A stretch of DNA of 64,000 bases. Origin: Tubiluchus corallicola. Its lineage: Eukaryota > Animalia > Priapulida. Below, in pieces: positions 13,567 through 27,426 of this stretch. The stretch spans positions 186,001 through 250,000 of the forward strand of contig JAQGDQ010000083.1 of the NCBI GenBank assembly GCA_030141605.1, written 5' to 3'. Within the stretch, counting starts at the first letter, position 1; each line of letters opens with the position of its first letter. The position numbers and the translations under genes are program-made. The notes under the pieces were generated by a model. The model searched no databases. It saw nothing but the letters and a program-made list of their open reading frames with translations, and was not told the origin of the DNA.

Positions 13567-16500
13567 TATTATTATATCACCATCGTCGTCATCATCGTAA
13601 TTATCACTGTTACCCTAGTTTCATTATAATCATTGCAGCAAACGCCACTGCCATCACTAAATTCCGCTTCACTGTGTCCTTTGCTGCTGTCAGTAAAAAC
13701 GTCACCACAATGACTAAAACGTGTTGCAGGTAATTTGGTTTTACATATAAGATGTCTAACAAGTTTGGATTTTCAACATCTATCTACGAATGATGCACAC
13801 TAGGAGGTATTTTATTAGAATTATGTAAAATTTTTGAATTTCGAACGAAACGTCACTTAACTGCGCATTCTAATACATTTTTGGACTTAGATTTTTTTTG
13901 GCTTATGTAGACTTGTTGTAGTGTCACTCAAGAATAATGACAACAAAGGCCGTGCCAATGACAGCTGATGATTACTGTCACCAGGCGGCGTTTCAATGAA
14001 GATTTGCGCAAATCAGCGGCAAAAGCAGAATTGTTATAGGGACAGAATTTCAGAAAACTGTGACATAAAATGACGTCAAAATTTATAAAAAGGCAGTTGA
14101 AATAGAATTTTAGAAACAACAGCAACACCAACAATAACAGCTACTTCATCAGCCTGTCTGGTACATCACCCAGATTGAATATTTCTAGTACAAAAGCGAG
14201 TTAGACATTGGCAATACGTTCGTACTTAATCACAAATTCCAGAATATTACAGCAACAGCAACAACGGCAGTAACAGCAAAAAACAACAGGAACAGGAGCA
14301 GCAAAAGTAGGGCAGCAGCAGCAGCAGCAGCAGCAGCAACTGCTGTGCCAACATCAACAACCATGAAGTCAACATTTAATACTATACATAGATAACAATG
14401 ATCATTCATCTTTACATTTGAATCTGACTTTCACTCAAATTACAGACTTGCAGTATAATTATTTTCCCCATTGTGCTTCTGTGAGAATGACCTTTATTAT
14501 GATTTTTAGTTCTACTACTGACAATTCTTTTAATCACTGCCATGCCTCAGGTGTCATGATTAAACGATGACTCGCTCGCTTTACCATACAATCAAGTCTG
14601 TCACAGAAACGTGATCTTTTACACAAGTGTGGTAATTTAAAATAATCAGTGCGTTCAGATGAAAGTATTAAACTCCAGGTGTAGGGTTGATGAAAGGAGA
14701 GTGAAACAAAGCGTTATAATATTGTGAACATCGTGTAGTAAATCGTACTGAATGCAGCTGACATTCTAGCTGCCGTTGGTGTTAAAAATTTAAACAGCAA
14801 AATTAAAAATGGTGGCTGAATAAGGTCATGGGGCGTTAGTGGCAATGATAGTGTTGTTGGCGTTGATGTTTGTGTTAGTTGCGGTGCCACATGGTAGTGA
14901 ATATTGATTATGATGGTGGTGATGACAACGATGGCGACGACGACGACGACGATGATAATTTTAGTATATATTGGAACTTACAGTGTGACTACAACCGACG
15001 AGTATTGACAACTGACTGCTTTGTGGACGTTTGGTTAAGCGACGTATCGACTCTTCAGCTAGTTTTTTTTTGTTTTGCAAAATACGGTCACGTCTCTGAA
15101 TTCAAATGAGATCTGCATCAGAAGCGTCTGAGCTTCACAAAAATGATAATTCTATTTCTATGCTTGTCTACAGTACACACACACACACAGAGGAGCAAAA
15201 ACTTTAATGGTTCCCAGTTTATTTCACTTACACGTGCCTAGAAGTATATACAGCTCAGTTGCTCATTGTCCCAATGGTTGACTATATTTTTACAGCAAAC
15301 TGTAAATTTAAATTTACAAATCCCTGATGCATGATGGCATTAGTAGAAATAATCTACGAGTGTCGTAGCACTCTCCAGTGGGGACCTACTTTAGTTGGTT
15401 AACCTGTACGTTTATAAAACATATTTAGATTTAGATTAATTTATTCATCAATTTAGCACAATACAAAAGTTATACAATTACAAATTAACATTGCATTGCA
15501 GTGCTATGAGCGTAGTAGAAGAAATTAACTTATGAGCTAAGCTCAACATGGACAAGACTTAATTAATGACCTAAACAATAACAAACAAAGACGATATTAT
15601 ATTATATATATATGATATTATAAAATATCATTTAATAGTATTTTATAATAATAACTATTAGCACCTTTCAGTATAACCTGCCAAGATTACTTCTATTGCA
15701 CTTTTAAGTATGTGTACAATACTTTTCTGACCTACGTTATAATAGGTCTTTCTTTTATGGATGACTTTGATGTGCGCAATGATTACTACCCTGTTATTCT
15801 TACCTTTAGGTTTCATTATAGCTATGCATACACGGTGTATAAAGCGTTAGTTTTAGTATAATAGCTATTGCAAGTCATCACAATAGCTATTGTTGCTATA
15901 AATTTTTGGAGTACCAAAAAACAGTGGAAAAGCCTGTTTATGTTAAACAGCATAACTTAAGCAAAACAAAACAGCTCAGTTCAACAAAAAGCTAATATTG
16001 ACCAAATACCATTCTGTCGTGGAATCAACTCGTCTTGATTTTTATTGGAAAATTTTCGTTTCACAATAATTTCTGGCGTATGAAGAGACTTGATTTCGTT
16101 ACCATTCCTCACGCAATTTAATTTTCTTCAGGTAATTCAGTTTTCTGTCAAACAGTATCCACCAATCTTGCTGAATTTAGAATCGAGCTTCTTTTGTCCA
16201 CGCTCTTTGGTTGTAGCTTGAAGCCAACGAAGATCCTGAGTAATTTATTGCTACTTTTAGAAACTTGAAATCCTGCTTAAATTACACGAAAATTACAAAA
16301 CTGACTTTTTAGACACCTTGTATAAAATTTTGCAGTGACCCATTTATGTGGGCGAATTTTGCGTTTTAAATAGCTACTATAAAAAGCTATTACATATAGC
16401 TCAGCACTGCTAGTTCAGCTATTTTTGGCAAAACGCAAATTTTTTTGCTTCTTATTACTGCATTCGCTCGCATAGGTTTTATAAAGCAGGCAAGAAAGCA

Positions 16501-16789
16501 ATAAACTGAAACATAGCATGAACAAATGAACCGGGGGCTTAGTGATAATTTAGTTACAACGAGCAACCAGCCAAGAGGGCACGTAAGTTGTATAAGATCG
16601 TAAGTTAACTGACTGTATTTAAGGCTTTGAAGTCAATCCATCACCTGACAAACACCTACTTACCGTACAGGGGCATCTGTTCCCAATTATTTTTGTGCTC
16701 CGTACTGCGAATGCCTTACATCTTGCGATCACCAATAGAGACATCCTTTGCTGCTTATTAGTATCATATATTTAATTTTGGTGTAATTA

Positions 16790-17005
16790 GCTGATAATTT
16801 GTATGCTTCTATCCAGTTAGCTCTCTGTTATTGTGATGTTGGAACTGAAATGAATTAGTGGATGGATTTGATTAAGGGGTCTGTCATCAGCAAAAAGATA
16901 TGTACTGAAATCAGTAATAAGAAAGAGATCATTGATGTAGCTAAGAAAAAGCAGTTGTCCTACAGTGGATCCTTGTGGTACACCTCCGTTTGTATCCTGC
17001 GTATT
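16790..17005 (-). mobile_element. Reverse transcriptase fragment (CR1/L2 group), absent from the ORF track
   Basis: Minus strand reads GGVPQGSTVGQLLFLSYINDLFLITDFSTYLFADD, containing the PQG and FADD motifs. Confidence 0.85.
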
Positions 17006-19860
17006 AAGTGTGATATACTTTAAAATGTGGTTATTTTACATCTTTTTAAAATTGTGATGGTGCAAAAACACACAGCCTGCACCATAGTTAAATATCTGTC
17101 ACAAAGCCCCTACAAGTTTTTCAGAACATGCTACAATTTTTCGCATTTTAATCTAGATGTTGTGGCTCGCACCTGTTTCGTGCTTATGTGCTTTCTATTG
17201 CTTTGGTTTGCATTCCTTTTTTCTACCCTCGGTTTTTATTGCTGTTCGACGTGCGTTTGTGGATGGCTCCAGATTTTTTTTATTTTACCTGGACAATGAG
17301 ATTATGGTTGTACACCGTCTGCAAGTTACCGCTTTCTGCTGCAATGGGTACGTTTGGTTGTTATTTATACATGTATAGCACTGGCACTGCATTATATATT
17401 ACGAATAATAAGCATGCCTTTACCACATTTTTAAATTAGTGCATGAAAATGCTTCTCATACTTTGTAGCAGCGGCTATTGCATGCAGGATCCAGCACTAA
17501 TGTATACGTATTCCACAAAATACGTATGTTACATTTTTAATTACAGTATTATCTTATATTACGATTGCAGATGGCATTTTTGAAACAGCTAATTACAAGC
17601 TAAAATGTATTGCCCAAAATAAATATTACTGAGCGCGTTACTTCGGCGCTCGCTTAAGTGATTCCAAGGGGATATTTATCCTAGATTGCCGCTGGCGGCT
17701 GTATTCGCTTTCTATAGGAGTTGTCTTCGTTCTTGTTCGTCAATCTATCGACTTACGACAAGTTCAAACCAAAAATATCTCGGCATGATGTGAACTGTGC
17801 AACTTTACCCCTTTACCAATATGTGTAGTTTGAGAGCACCATAAATGATGTTGCTTTCTGTAGTGTCTAAACGTCTGAAAGGCTCCGATGACGATGACGA
17901 TGATGATGACAATGACGACAACAACGTGACCATAGCAACAACTACAAAAACGAAAAAATAGAACACTGATCGTGGTGAACATAAATTCCTAAGGCCCACT
18001 TCACACTGAGGACGCAAGGAAAATGACGCTTTCAAAAACACAATTGTAACAATGTTGGCTACATCATGATACTTAGACTAAAAGTAAATATATTATGAAA
18101 AAGCTTTATAAGTATAACTAAGTACACATATTGACGTTTCTTTTAGGCAAAAATAATATTTATGTTGTACATTTTTAAATAGGCTACCATTCCTAAAAAA
18201 AGTGAATTCAGTTTAAAACGTTCATAGGCCAATGTTTTTGTAAAAATCAAAAATTTGAACGTTTTACTCAGAATGCAGAAAATTAAACAAAACCTGGTTT
18301 TGGTTTCGTTTTTTCTTAAACTACGGGGTTAACTTGCCACACAAATGGTCCACTCGTGCTGCGATTGCTATCCGTACTGTTTTCACGAATCCCAAACTTT
18401 TTTATCTGATTTCCACATGAGACGTCTGTATGAAATGCGCCATAAAAAACAATGTGTTCCATGAGGAATGCCCCAAGGAATGCTCCTCACTGTAAGGTGG
18501 GCCAAAGTTTCTCAGTTCTACCGAGTTCACTTTTAAATCAACGAAAATTACGCGATGACAGCAAGAACAGTACCTGTGTACCTGAAGACACCTGGTTCAA
18601 AGCCAGCTGAGACCTTCTTGCCTTTTGCCATTTTACCAAGAGTATTTTATTTTTTATACCGTTCTGCACCTTGTGACTCATTACGAAGTTAACCTGCTAG
18701 GATGAGGTTGGACTGAATCGGCTGGGGCTGCATCTCACTGCACTCAAATCGTCTAGTCTTCGAACGTAAACATCCACAGTTCGTATGGCCAATGAAACCG
18801 CCAAGAGAGAGTATGGAACACAAGCGGTCACAAGTGATTGATTCATCTGCCTGGCGTGGCTTAGCCTTGCTCGCGAAGTACACGCCGTGGCCACTCGGCT
18901 GTTCTGCTTCCCTCATCTCAGAACAACCAACTCAGTGAAAATCACCGGTTGTTTCAAGAAAAATATTTGGACGACTGGGAATCACTGACCGCAGCATCAC
19001 CATTCTGTGGACTCACTCTGTAATTGTGTCGTCACACCGCGTAAACTTTTCCTCATAATTTATTTCCGCTGCTTCAGACTGATAAGTGAATTAGAAAAGG
19101 CACACCGCTGAAGCATCAAACAAGCGTAATGGATTTCGATCTGCACTTTTCAACAGACGTAAGAAACGCTGAAGTTTACTAAATCTCGAATAAAGGAAAT
19201 GCTCGGGGCTGCTGTGACCATAACAATACATGTTATTAGTGACAGTTTGTGTAAGAAAGTTGCTGCCTGCTAAAGCTAAGCATATTTCATCATTCGTCTT
19301 TACCTTTAGGCTTATTTTCTTTAAAGAAATGACAAGTCACTTAGCATGTTGGGTTTATTTTACTGCTATCACCTAAATGTAGAAAAATATAAGAAGTAAA
19401 ATTGCAAAAATTGTCTATAAAGCATAAAGTTAATTTTTACTTTCGCTTTATTTGAAATTTTCCGGCGCGGTGGTTGCCACCGTTCACTTGAAATTGTGGC
19501 GTAACTGGTGGACTTCGTGACTTTTCGTAAGCGCATCGTAAGTTTCCGTAAGCACGCGCTGCATAAACTAATTCAAGCTTCTGCAGCATACCTAATGTTC
19601 GAACAAAAATATCAAAAAATTAGCTGTATAATTTTTTATGAAAACTTACAGTTTTGACGGCAAATAAGAGTGGGCTGCTTTTGATGAACGATGTCATTAG
19701 GGGAAGAACAGGCCTTAAAAATAGCAGCGCCCAACCGTGAAATGATCGCGATTTTAAGGAGATTTTACTAATTACACGAAGCACTTATAGCAATTTTATT
19801 ACTAAATCTTTCTAACATTTTTGAAATAAGCCCAACTTCCTAGAGGGCCTTGCTTTTCTT

Positions 19861-19862
<2 letters not shown>

Positions 19863-19934
<72 letters not shown>

Positions 19935-19971
19935 TATAATAATAATAATAATAGTAATAATAATAGTAATA

Positions 19972-20054
<83 letters not shown>
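19863..20054. repeat. (AAT)n microsatellite
   Basis: Directly visible. Confidence 0.97.
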
Positions 20055-20834
20055 CTTTATTTAAAGATGGTTTTAAACTCAATAGACAACACTAGGCGTT
20101 TATCAGCGGCTGTAAATAACAACTACAGCTACATTACAGAATCGTTAATCCACCCAGGCAGGTGCCACGTAAAAAGTGTTTGTATTACCCCACCGTAGTA
20201 TCGAACCCGCAACCTCCCAACAGAAAATACGCTTGTTGTCCAATAAACTAGCTATGAGTGTTAAAGTTAAAACGACAAAAGCTTTTTTGACTGAGAAATT
20301 GTCAGAATTGTTCATATTTATGCTACTTATTCCATTAACCAACTGGGCATGCATTAACATACAATCATTGTGACTTTATAACATAATCAGTTGTATAGTT
20401 TTTACATCAGGTATAAGTTGGATACAAAAGTGTTTACTCAAGTTCTACTGCAAAAAGAGTTGTTATGCCTTTACATTTTGTATTATACCAAATAAACAGT
20501 TATCATCACTATGTGTAGCTGATTCATTTACTAACTGGCTACTACGACATCCGCAAATGATTATTTGCCATAATTTTTTCCTACTTTTCTCAGAATGGGC
20601 ACTTCTGGTTTTGACATCTACGGTATGCGTGATGGTTTTTCGCTTAATAAACACGTAATTTTCGTCACATCGTACTAACATAATGAAGATAAGTCATTAT
20701 CTCTAGCTGAACCGAGCACTTATCGTGCTGCAATGACGACCTAATTAATGGCTTCATTTTGAAGCTGCGAGAAATTAAACAGACCTCCAACGTTCAACGT
20801 CATATTAATTATTATGCGTTTCAGAACAACTATC

Positions 20835-20890
20835 GCATGCATGTCACGTGTCTGCATGTAAACTGCATGTAGGTGCAGTGGACTGCATGT
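20835..20890 (+). promoter_or_regulatory. Cluster of four TGCATG (Rbfox-type) motifs
   Basis: TGCATG at 20838, 20853, 20864 and 20884 with non-repetitive spacers, 1.1 kb upstream of the first GPCR cassette acceptor. Function is inferred. Confidence 0.45.
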
Positions 20891-21993
20891 CACCAACACA
20901 TTCTTGCAGTTCTAAGCGCCCGCAAATACAATTAATTTAAACACAAAAGCATGATTAACTGTGTTTAATTTTTTATTTGTGAGCAGGGAATTTACATGCC
21001 ATGATTTTTGTAAACTTGATGATGATAAGTCTGCAATTGTTAAATTGTGTGTTGTATTGCACAAAACGGAATTATTATGCCTTATAATAATAATAAGTGT
21101 TATTAGGTTTTAACAATTGAGAATTATTATAATACTGATAATTAACTGCTAGTGTTGGTCTGATTAATTGGTATAATTACTAATACAGAAAACTGCTAAT
21201 AATTAAATTATGCTAATTAATTAATATAATTAGTTTATTATATAGCAATGGTAATGTAGCAGTTATAGCAGCATTAGCTATAGTAATAGCAGTAGCTTGT
21301 ACAGTCAGTTAATAAGCCTTTTCGCAGTTCCAGCGATTGATGATGATCGTGGAAAGGTCAAAGGTTAAATGTACCAGACAACGCATTTGTGTTCACTTGA
21401 CCACACCTCGCAGTCCATGCTATTGGATTAGTAATTAATTCTAATTCATTTTCTCTTGTTCCCAAACAAGATCCCGCACAGACTATTGCACAGTTAAGTG
21501 AAGTCCACGAAAACACTGACGTTACTGAACTGGGCTTTACTTTACCCACATGTCACGTGACGATTGTAGATACGACGGGTTGCTGTGGTACACTTAACCT
21601 ACGACCTACAACAACTGCGCGTGCGCACAACGAAACTGTGAAAGCCTTATTATTGTGTAACTGACTGTTACAGTCGTAATGTAGTTGCCCAGTGCTTATA
21701 ATTACGACTAAAATAAATTTTACATTACATCGCATTGTGACAATTGCTTTTTGTTTTACATTTTTTTAAAACACATTAATTATTGTGAAGGTGCCTAACT
21801 GACTGATGTGATCAAAAACTATAAGCAACGACAATAGCTAATTAATTATTGTGGGTTTAACATTGTTTAGCATTGTTTAACATTAATTATGCTGATGTAG
21901 TGTTATAATTTATGTATAATTATGCATAATCGTTTTATGCATAATGATATTTTTGTTAGTTTATTATTATAACATGAGTGTTTTGTATTATAG

Positions 21994-22093
21994 GTTATCA
22001 GTTCGGCATGATACCATGCAAGTTGGTGTCATGGCTTCAGGGTTTGTCGGTGGCGACATCTGTGTATACTTTGGTGGCAATTTCTCTTGATAG
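21994..22093 (+). CDS. SIFamide/NPFF receptor-like GPCR, cassette A, ECL1-TM3 exon (100 bp, phase 1 to phase 2)
   Basis: tatag|GT TAT...GAT AG|gtaagc; encodes xYQFGMIPCKLVSWLQGLSVATSVYTLVAISLDR and joins 22388 in frame to form DRY. Confidence 0.93.
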
Positions 22094-22387
22094 GTAAGCC
22101 TGCAAAAGTGGCACTGACATTTGTAAATGTAGTCTTGCAAAGTAAGTTGCCGTCTTACAGGATTGAAAATAGTTTTATTGAATGAAGTCATCAGCAACAT
22201 CCAACTTAATGGTCAGACATTTTTTGTTAACTTTTTCAGTTTAGTCAGTGTTTGCTAACTGTAGTTACCTTCTATCTATTTCCTAGCCTGTCTCCGTTTT
22301 GTTAAAACCCCGCTATATCTGACATATGTTCAACTCCAATCAGCCAACAAGTTTCATATAACTTTGTCTTTATTGTTATTTTTCCAG

Positions 22388-23123
22388 ATACTTTGCCATT
22401 TGCCACCCAATGAAATTTCAGATGACATTGAGGACAGCTAGAAAAGCTTGTGCTGCCATCTGGATTTGCGCCGGGGCGTTTTTTATTCCATGGTTTGCTT
22501 TTTTCCAAATAACTGATAATCCGTCAGCAGATCGCCAAGTAATCATACGCTACTGCATGGAACAATGGCCGAACGGGTACGAACACGCGATGAAGTGGAA
22601 TTTGTTGTTCAATGTCTTCATCCTCTGCTATGTTGCCCCACTTTTAACAATCAGTTTTTGTTACATGAACATTTTCTTGGCTGTGTGGAAAAGAGATTTA
22701 ATCGGCGATGCTCGAGAGTATGAGAATATTGTCCGTCGCCAACGGATCCAAGTCATCAAAATGCTTCTGGTGGTAGTCTTGATTTTCGCCATTTCTTGGC
22801 TACCTTTGTACGCCATCTTCATCGGCTATTACTTCAACAGTTTTGATGACGTGGCACTAAGTTACGTCAATCACGCTGTTCCCGTCCTTCAGTGGGTTTC
22901 CACTGCAAATAGTTGTATTAATCCGTGCATCTATGCCTACTTAAACCGAAAATACAGGCAAGGGTTCAAAGCCATAGTGATGAGTGGGTCTTGTTGTAAG
23001 AAGCTGAAGTATCCTGGAGACAGGATAGGACACTATACCACATCTGCAGTAAATAGTCAGAGGATCGTTTCTGAACAGACCCATGTAGATTACTGTATGG
23101 CGACTTTGAAAGACGATGTGTGA
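22388..23123 (+). CDS. SIFamide/NPFF receptor-like GPCR, cassette A, TM4-TM7 and C-tail exon
   Basis: ttccag|A TAC TTT; YFAICHPM...FAISWLPLY...QWVSTANSCINPCIYAYLNRKYRQGFKAIVMSGSCC, closely resembling SIFamide-receptor TM6, TM7 and helix 8. Confidence 0.93.
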
Positions 23124-24951
23124 AGAAAATGAAGAGGAGTTTCTGAAAGCAGCTCCACATGTCGCTAGTGTCATTGATGGTTGTGCATGATGGCGTCTAC
23201 TTGGTACTTTTCTTACATGTGACGGAGCTGCTTTTTTGTTACCAGCAACAATAACAGAAGAGAAATTTACAAGAGAACGTTTTTCTGCACAATGTGCGGG
23301 CTAAGTGTGATGTGTTCGCTTTGTAACTCGAATGGTGACTAGTTTCCAAGATTACCAATACATCTGTTAAATTATTCCCAAATAGTGTACTTGTCATAAT
23401 CCTATTTGCAGATACTGGAATGTGAGCCGAATTTTGTGATGGTCTCTTGGTCATGAAGTGAATCACAGACTATTTGTATAAAACACGCTATATTACATTC
23501 ACAAGTTCAAAGATGTTATTGCACCAATTTTAAAGCAAATGAAACTTGTGCTATTGTCTTCACGATTGGAAAATTTTGTAGCGACAAGCATGTGACCAAA
23601 TATTGTCTTCTGATCTTGCCTAGGTTGAAGTTAGTTGACAATGAAAATGATTGTACACATTAGTGTAATGAGTATGGAATATAGAAGTGTACTTGTAATA
23701 AATGAACTGATGGATTGAGCAGGCTTGTTTAGTAGCCTGTTTAGTTAACACTTGGCAGTATGAGCAATCTTTACGATGTTGTAGCTGCCTGTTATATTAC
23801 ACTATCTAATATAATGTGATGTTACCTTTGTGCAATATTTGAATGTTGTTATTAAGTTATCAGGTATCAGGGAAGATATAAATCACAATGGAGTTTGAAG
23901 CAATCTGAAAAATTATATTTTCAAGACCAGTGTATTTTTTGAGTTGCCCTCACTGTCTGATTTAGGTCTATGTTGATGTTAGTGGTATCATATGTTGTCA
24001 CTGTTTTTCATTGATTATGCTTAACGATATAATTTTTAGTCTGCTCTACGGGATGTGACCATGAGATAGTAAGAAATATTTCATGTGCATTCTCTATTCT
24101 AAAGTTGCAATACTTTCCAGCTTCTTTTGACTGAATCAGCTCTGCAGTTTGTCCGGATGTTGTACTTGGTTTTGGAATTGGCAACAAATGAATTAAAAAC
24201 CATTACTACATGGCTCTGTATCATTGTAGTTAGATCCTACACAAGACAGTAATAATATAGCTTGCAAAAAGTATTAAATCAAGTATGAACTAAACTTTCG
24301 TCATTATGAGTATCTTGGTCAATTGACTGCTGATATTATAAAATTAGGTTATAAAGTTATAAAATTATAAAGTTATTACCGTCTGCCATTTTTGGTTTTC
24401 TATCTTGCTGCAAATAGTGTCATCATTTTTTGATACACTTTCTTTACACTTAGTTTAAAATAAGGTATTGACATTTAAGGACGCATCATAAAGTTAAGTT
24501 GCCATTCCTAGAGACGTAGTTTTCTTACTAGGTGCCAATGATTGGAGAAACCGACAGAACGGTAGCTGATGTCATAGTTACTGCTTAACAGGTTTATTTC
24601 CCCAGTTTATTTCTTCTATGACAGCTCGTATAATTGTACCTTGCGATTGACTGTTCATTTATAAGTCACGCAGGACTGATACTGCTGAAAAGTCAACATC
24701 ACTAGAAATCACTTACATAAGTACCAGTATTTTTGTGGTACATTTAAGATCTATACTGTTTTATCATTAATGTGTCACATTTTTCTGGATTGGATTATTT
24801 TAACTGGCGAATCCTGACGTCATTGTTTATGAAGTGAAAGTTCATATTTGTGAAATATAAAAGTGAAACAGTATTAATCTCATATCTGTTATTATTGTTT
24901 TGTTTTCTCAGAAGTTAAGCGTGATTTTCTAAATTTTACACACGCTAGTGG

Positions 24952-25434
24952 TTACATGCTGCACCAGCACAAATGGTATATCTTTGGACTCTCTGATAAA
25001 TAAATTTGCTCAGCTGGTTGACTAGACAGGTTGGCAGTCATGGGGATTCTCAGGTATTTATACGTATCACTGACTCCCAGCATTGGAATAGGAGTCTGGC
25101 AGATCTTCCATGTGTGCTCTATTAACACTTTCATAGCCTTTCGCTGGTATGCCTTGACTAGCTTCATGGCTTTGCACTTGTTGGCGTTCAGTGTCATACC
25201 TCGTTTCGTGAAGAAGCCATTGGCTGTCTCCAACAAAACTCCCATGCCATGTTTCGAGGCTGAGATTAGGACTAGGTCATCGGTAAAACCAACTATAGCC
25301 ACTTGGTATTCGTCGATCCCATAGCCAAATCGAGAACCGACTTTCGAGATCAGTTCATCGATTACCAGGTTGAAAAGTAGATGGTTAGCTGATCTACTAA
25401 CCGATTGGCAGAGTCGATGATTTTCTGGTGACAC
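24952..25434 (-). mobile_element. Non-LTR RT fragment, R2/NeSL-like, decayed
   Basis: LFNLVIDEL...VGFTDDLVLIS...LNANKC...YKYL; internal fragment only. Confidence 0.8.
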
Positions 25435-26299
25435 AGACTGACTTTCTGCTTGAACATTTAATTTTTTTCTTATCTATGACATATGCACAAGATTTTTGCC
25501 CCAAAGAATGGGAAGCCATTTATTCTTTCTTAATTCATCATTGTTTGCTGACAAAAGTTACAAAAAAGGACTTGTAGTGCGTCACTGGCGTTAACGTAAC
25601 AAAACTACTCAAGTTTCAATTCTTTGATAGAAGCGCCATCTTTTGTTCAATCTTAATTAATTTCAAATAATACACGGTGTTAATAGGAGGTGCAGGACAA
25701 ACACAGGTAAACAGTGAAACATTTTAGGCCGCAAACATTTGTAACTGCAGTAAGAAAACTCATCTCATGCATAAAATCATCGTAACTTTATCCATTATTA
25801 AATGCAAATTAATACAAAATAAAAAACAGTATATTTCTAGGCGAAAAGGGCGCTGTATTAACCTCAGATAGTATTGAGTCAGTCGGTTAGTCACAACAAT
25901 AATGAAATATGTAAATTATTTGTGTAGCGTTAAGTGAAAGTCATAACGCAGGGCGAATCTAGATCGATTTAGCTGACAAACAGAATTCAGGATGATGCCA
26001 CGACCTGAACTGTTTTGTGACTGACGAAATGAAGCGTGTTTTATTAGCAAATTATTATTGTACAGAATACAGTTCGTAAACATTATAGTAAAAAACATTC
26101 TTTGCTATAACATTACCATGTTAATCACATCATATCATATCATGAAATAAAATTACCAATGCGGTCACCGAAAACCTCATAATAAATTTTTTAACGAGAA
26201 TCAAAACGGTTTTTAAAGTACAGTATGTCTCTAGGAACTTTCCATGATATGAAGTTACATTACTTCTGTATGCATCATTCTTATCTGTTTGAAAAACAA

Positions 26300-26620
26300 A
26301 TGTAACTAGACAAGAAATTTCTTAATAATTTTAAATGCTCGCGACAACTAGTGGAATGGCACTGCATCACCATCCCAGCGTGCACCACTGATTCACCAAA
26401 AACGTATTTTTAATCTTATTGATAATGTAAAGCAATTTATACTTTTGCTTAGTTAGCGAGGAGCGTGTTACAAATGCTCTGATTATTTTTTCGAACTTTA
26501 TGCGATGTTATCTAAATTTGTTTCAAACGACTGACATTACAATGACTGCGCCTAACGCGGGAGTTTAAATTTACGAGCTCTATACAGCGCTACTGTTAAC
26601 GTAAGCCCTGTATGCAATAA
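26300..26620. mobile_element. Dispersed repeat family A copy
   Basis: Same orientation as 30520-30860; inverted relative to 8300-8630 and 31019-31408. Confidence 0.75.
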
Positions 26621-26964
26621 GACAGTATGTAAGCAATATGACCTTTCAAGACGATGTTTAAGCTTTATTTATGAAGAGTGTTCTCTTGTACTTTAATTTA
26701 CAATCAGCATGTAAGTGATATAAAATTTCAAGACGATTTTTTAAACTTTTGTTATGAAAAGTGTTTTCTTGCATTAGCTACTTTCAAATTTGAATAAAAT
26801 ATATCTGTCGTCTTTGCATCACTGGCGCTTTCCTCGGCAGAAAACCACAAAACCTGAATACAGACAAAACAATTAGTAATGATAAATAAAAGATATAATT
26901 AGTACCTTACTAATACAGTAATAGATCTAAACTCTAGTTTGCTAGCACAAGCTTTCTTTTAAAG

Positions 26965-27064
26965 GTTATCCGTTCTCGGATGGGGCGTGCAAAACAGTTG
27001 TCTGGCTTCAAGCTGTTTCCGTTTCCTCTTCCGTGAACACACTGGCTACCATATCTGTAGAGAG
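26965..27064 (+). CDS. SIFamide/NPFF receptor-like GPCR, cassette B, ECL1-TM3 exon (100 bp, phase 1 to phase 2)
   Basis: ttttaaag|GT TAT...GAG AG|gtaagc; xYPFSDGACKTVVWLQAVSVSSSVNTLATISVER; same length and phases as 21994-22093. Confidence 0.92.
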
Positions 27065-27426
27065 GTAAGCAAATACACACGAGCAAGGGAGGCTTGCTTT
27101 TGAAATCTGGTCTTATTAATCAGTAAGTGTTTAATATAATGAATAAGGAATAAGTCAGTCATGTTTGCTCTTTACCAACGATTAAATAAGTAAGAAAATT
27201 AGTTTGGTGACTGTCTTTTGGGAGACGATGCATGGTGGTTTAATGAATCAATTATTGATGTTATATTAAAGACGACGAAATCTCTAACAAACATGCAAAG
27301 ATTTTTAAAGCTAGTATAACACAGTACAGTATAAAACCTAATGCTGCTTAGTGAGCATTTTCTAGTTGAAACAGCCGTGAATCAGCTGAGTTCTCAAAAC
27401 TCATTAATTGTCTTTAACAGTACCAG

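Noticed and set aside
13649-13730. cag|...|gtaatt exon-like segment (ANATAITKFRFTVSFAAVSKNVTTMTKTCCR)
   Set aside because: It adjoins a decaying CAT microsatellite, has no recognisable homology, and has no compatible partner exon.
16158-16268. TNLAE... as a candidate GPCR TM2 exon
   Set aside because: No LAxxD motif, no sustained hydrophobic helix and no suitable phase-1 donor.
17027-17439. Three overlapping hydrophobic ORFs as candidate TM1-TM2
   Set aside because: T-rich sequence open in all three frames, lacking GN and LAxxD motifs, and adjacent to an RT relic.
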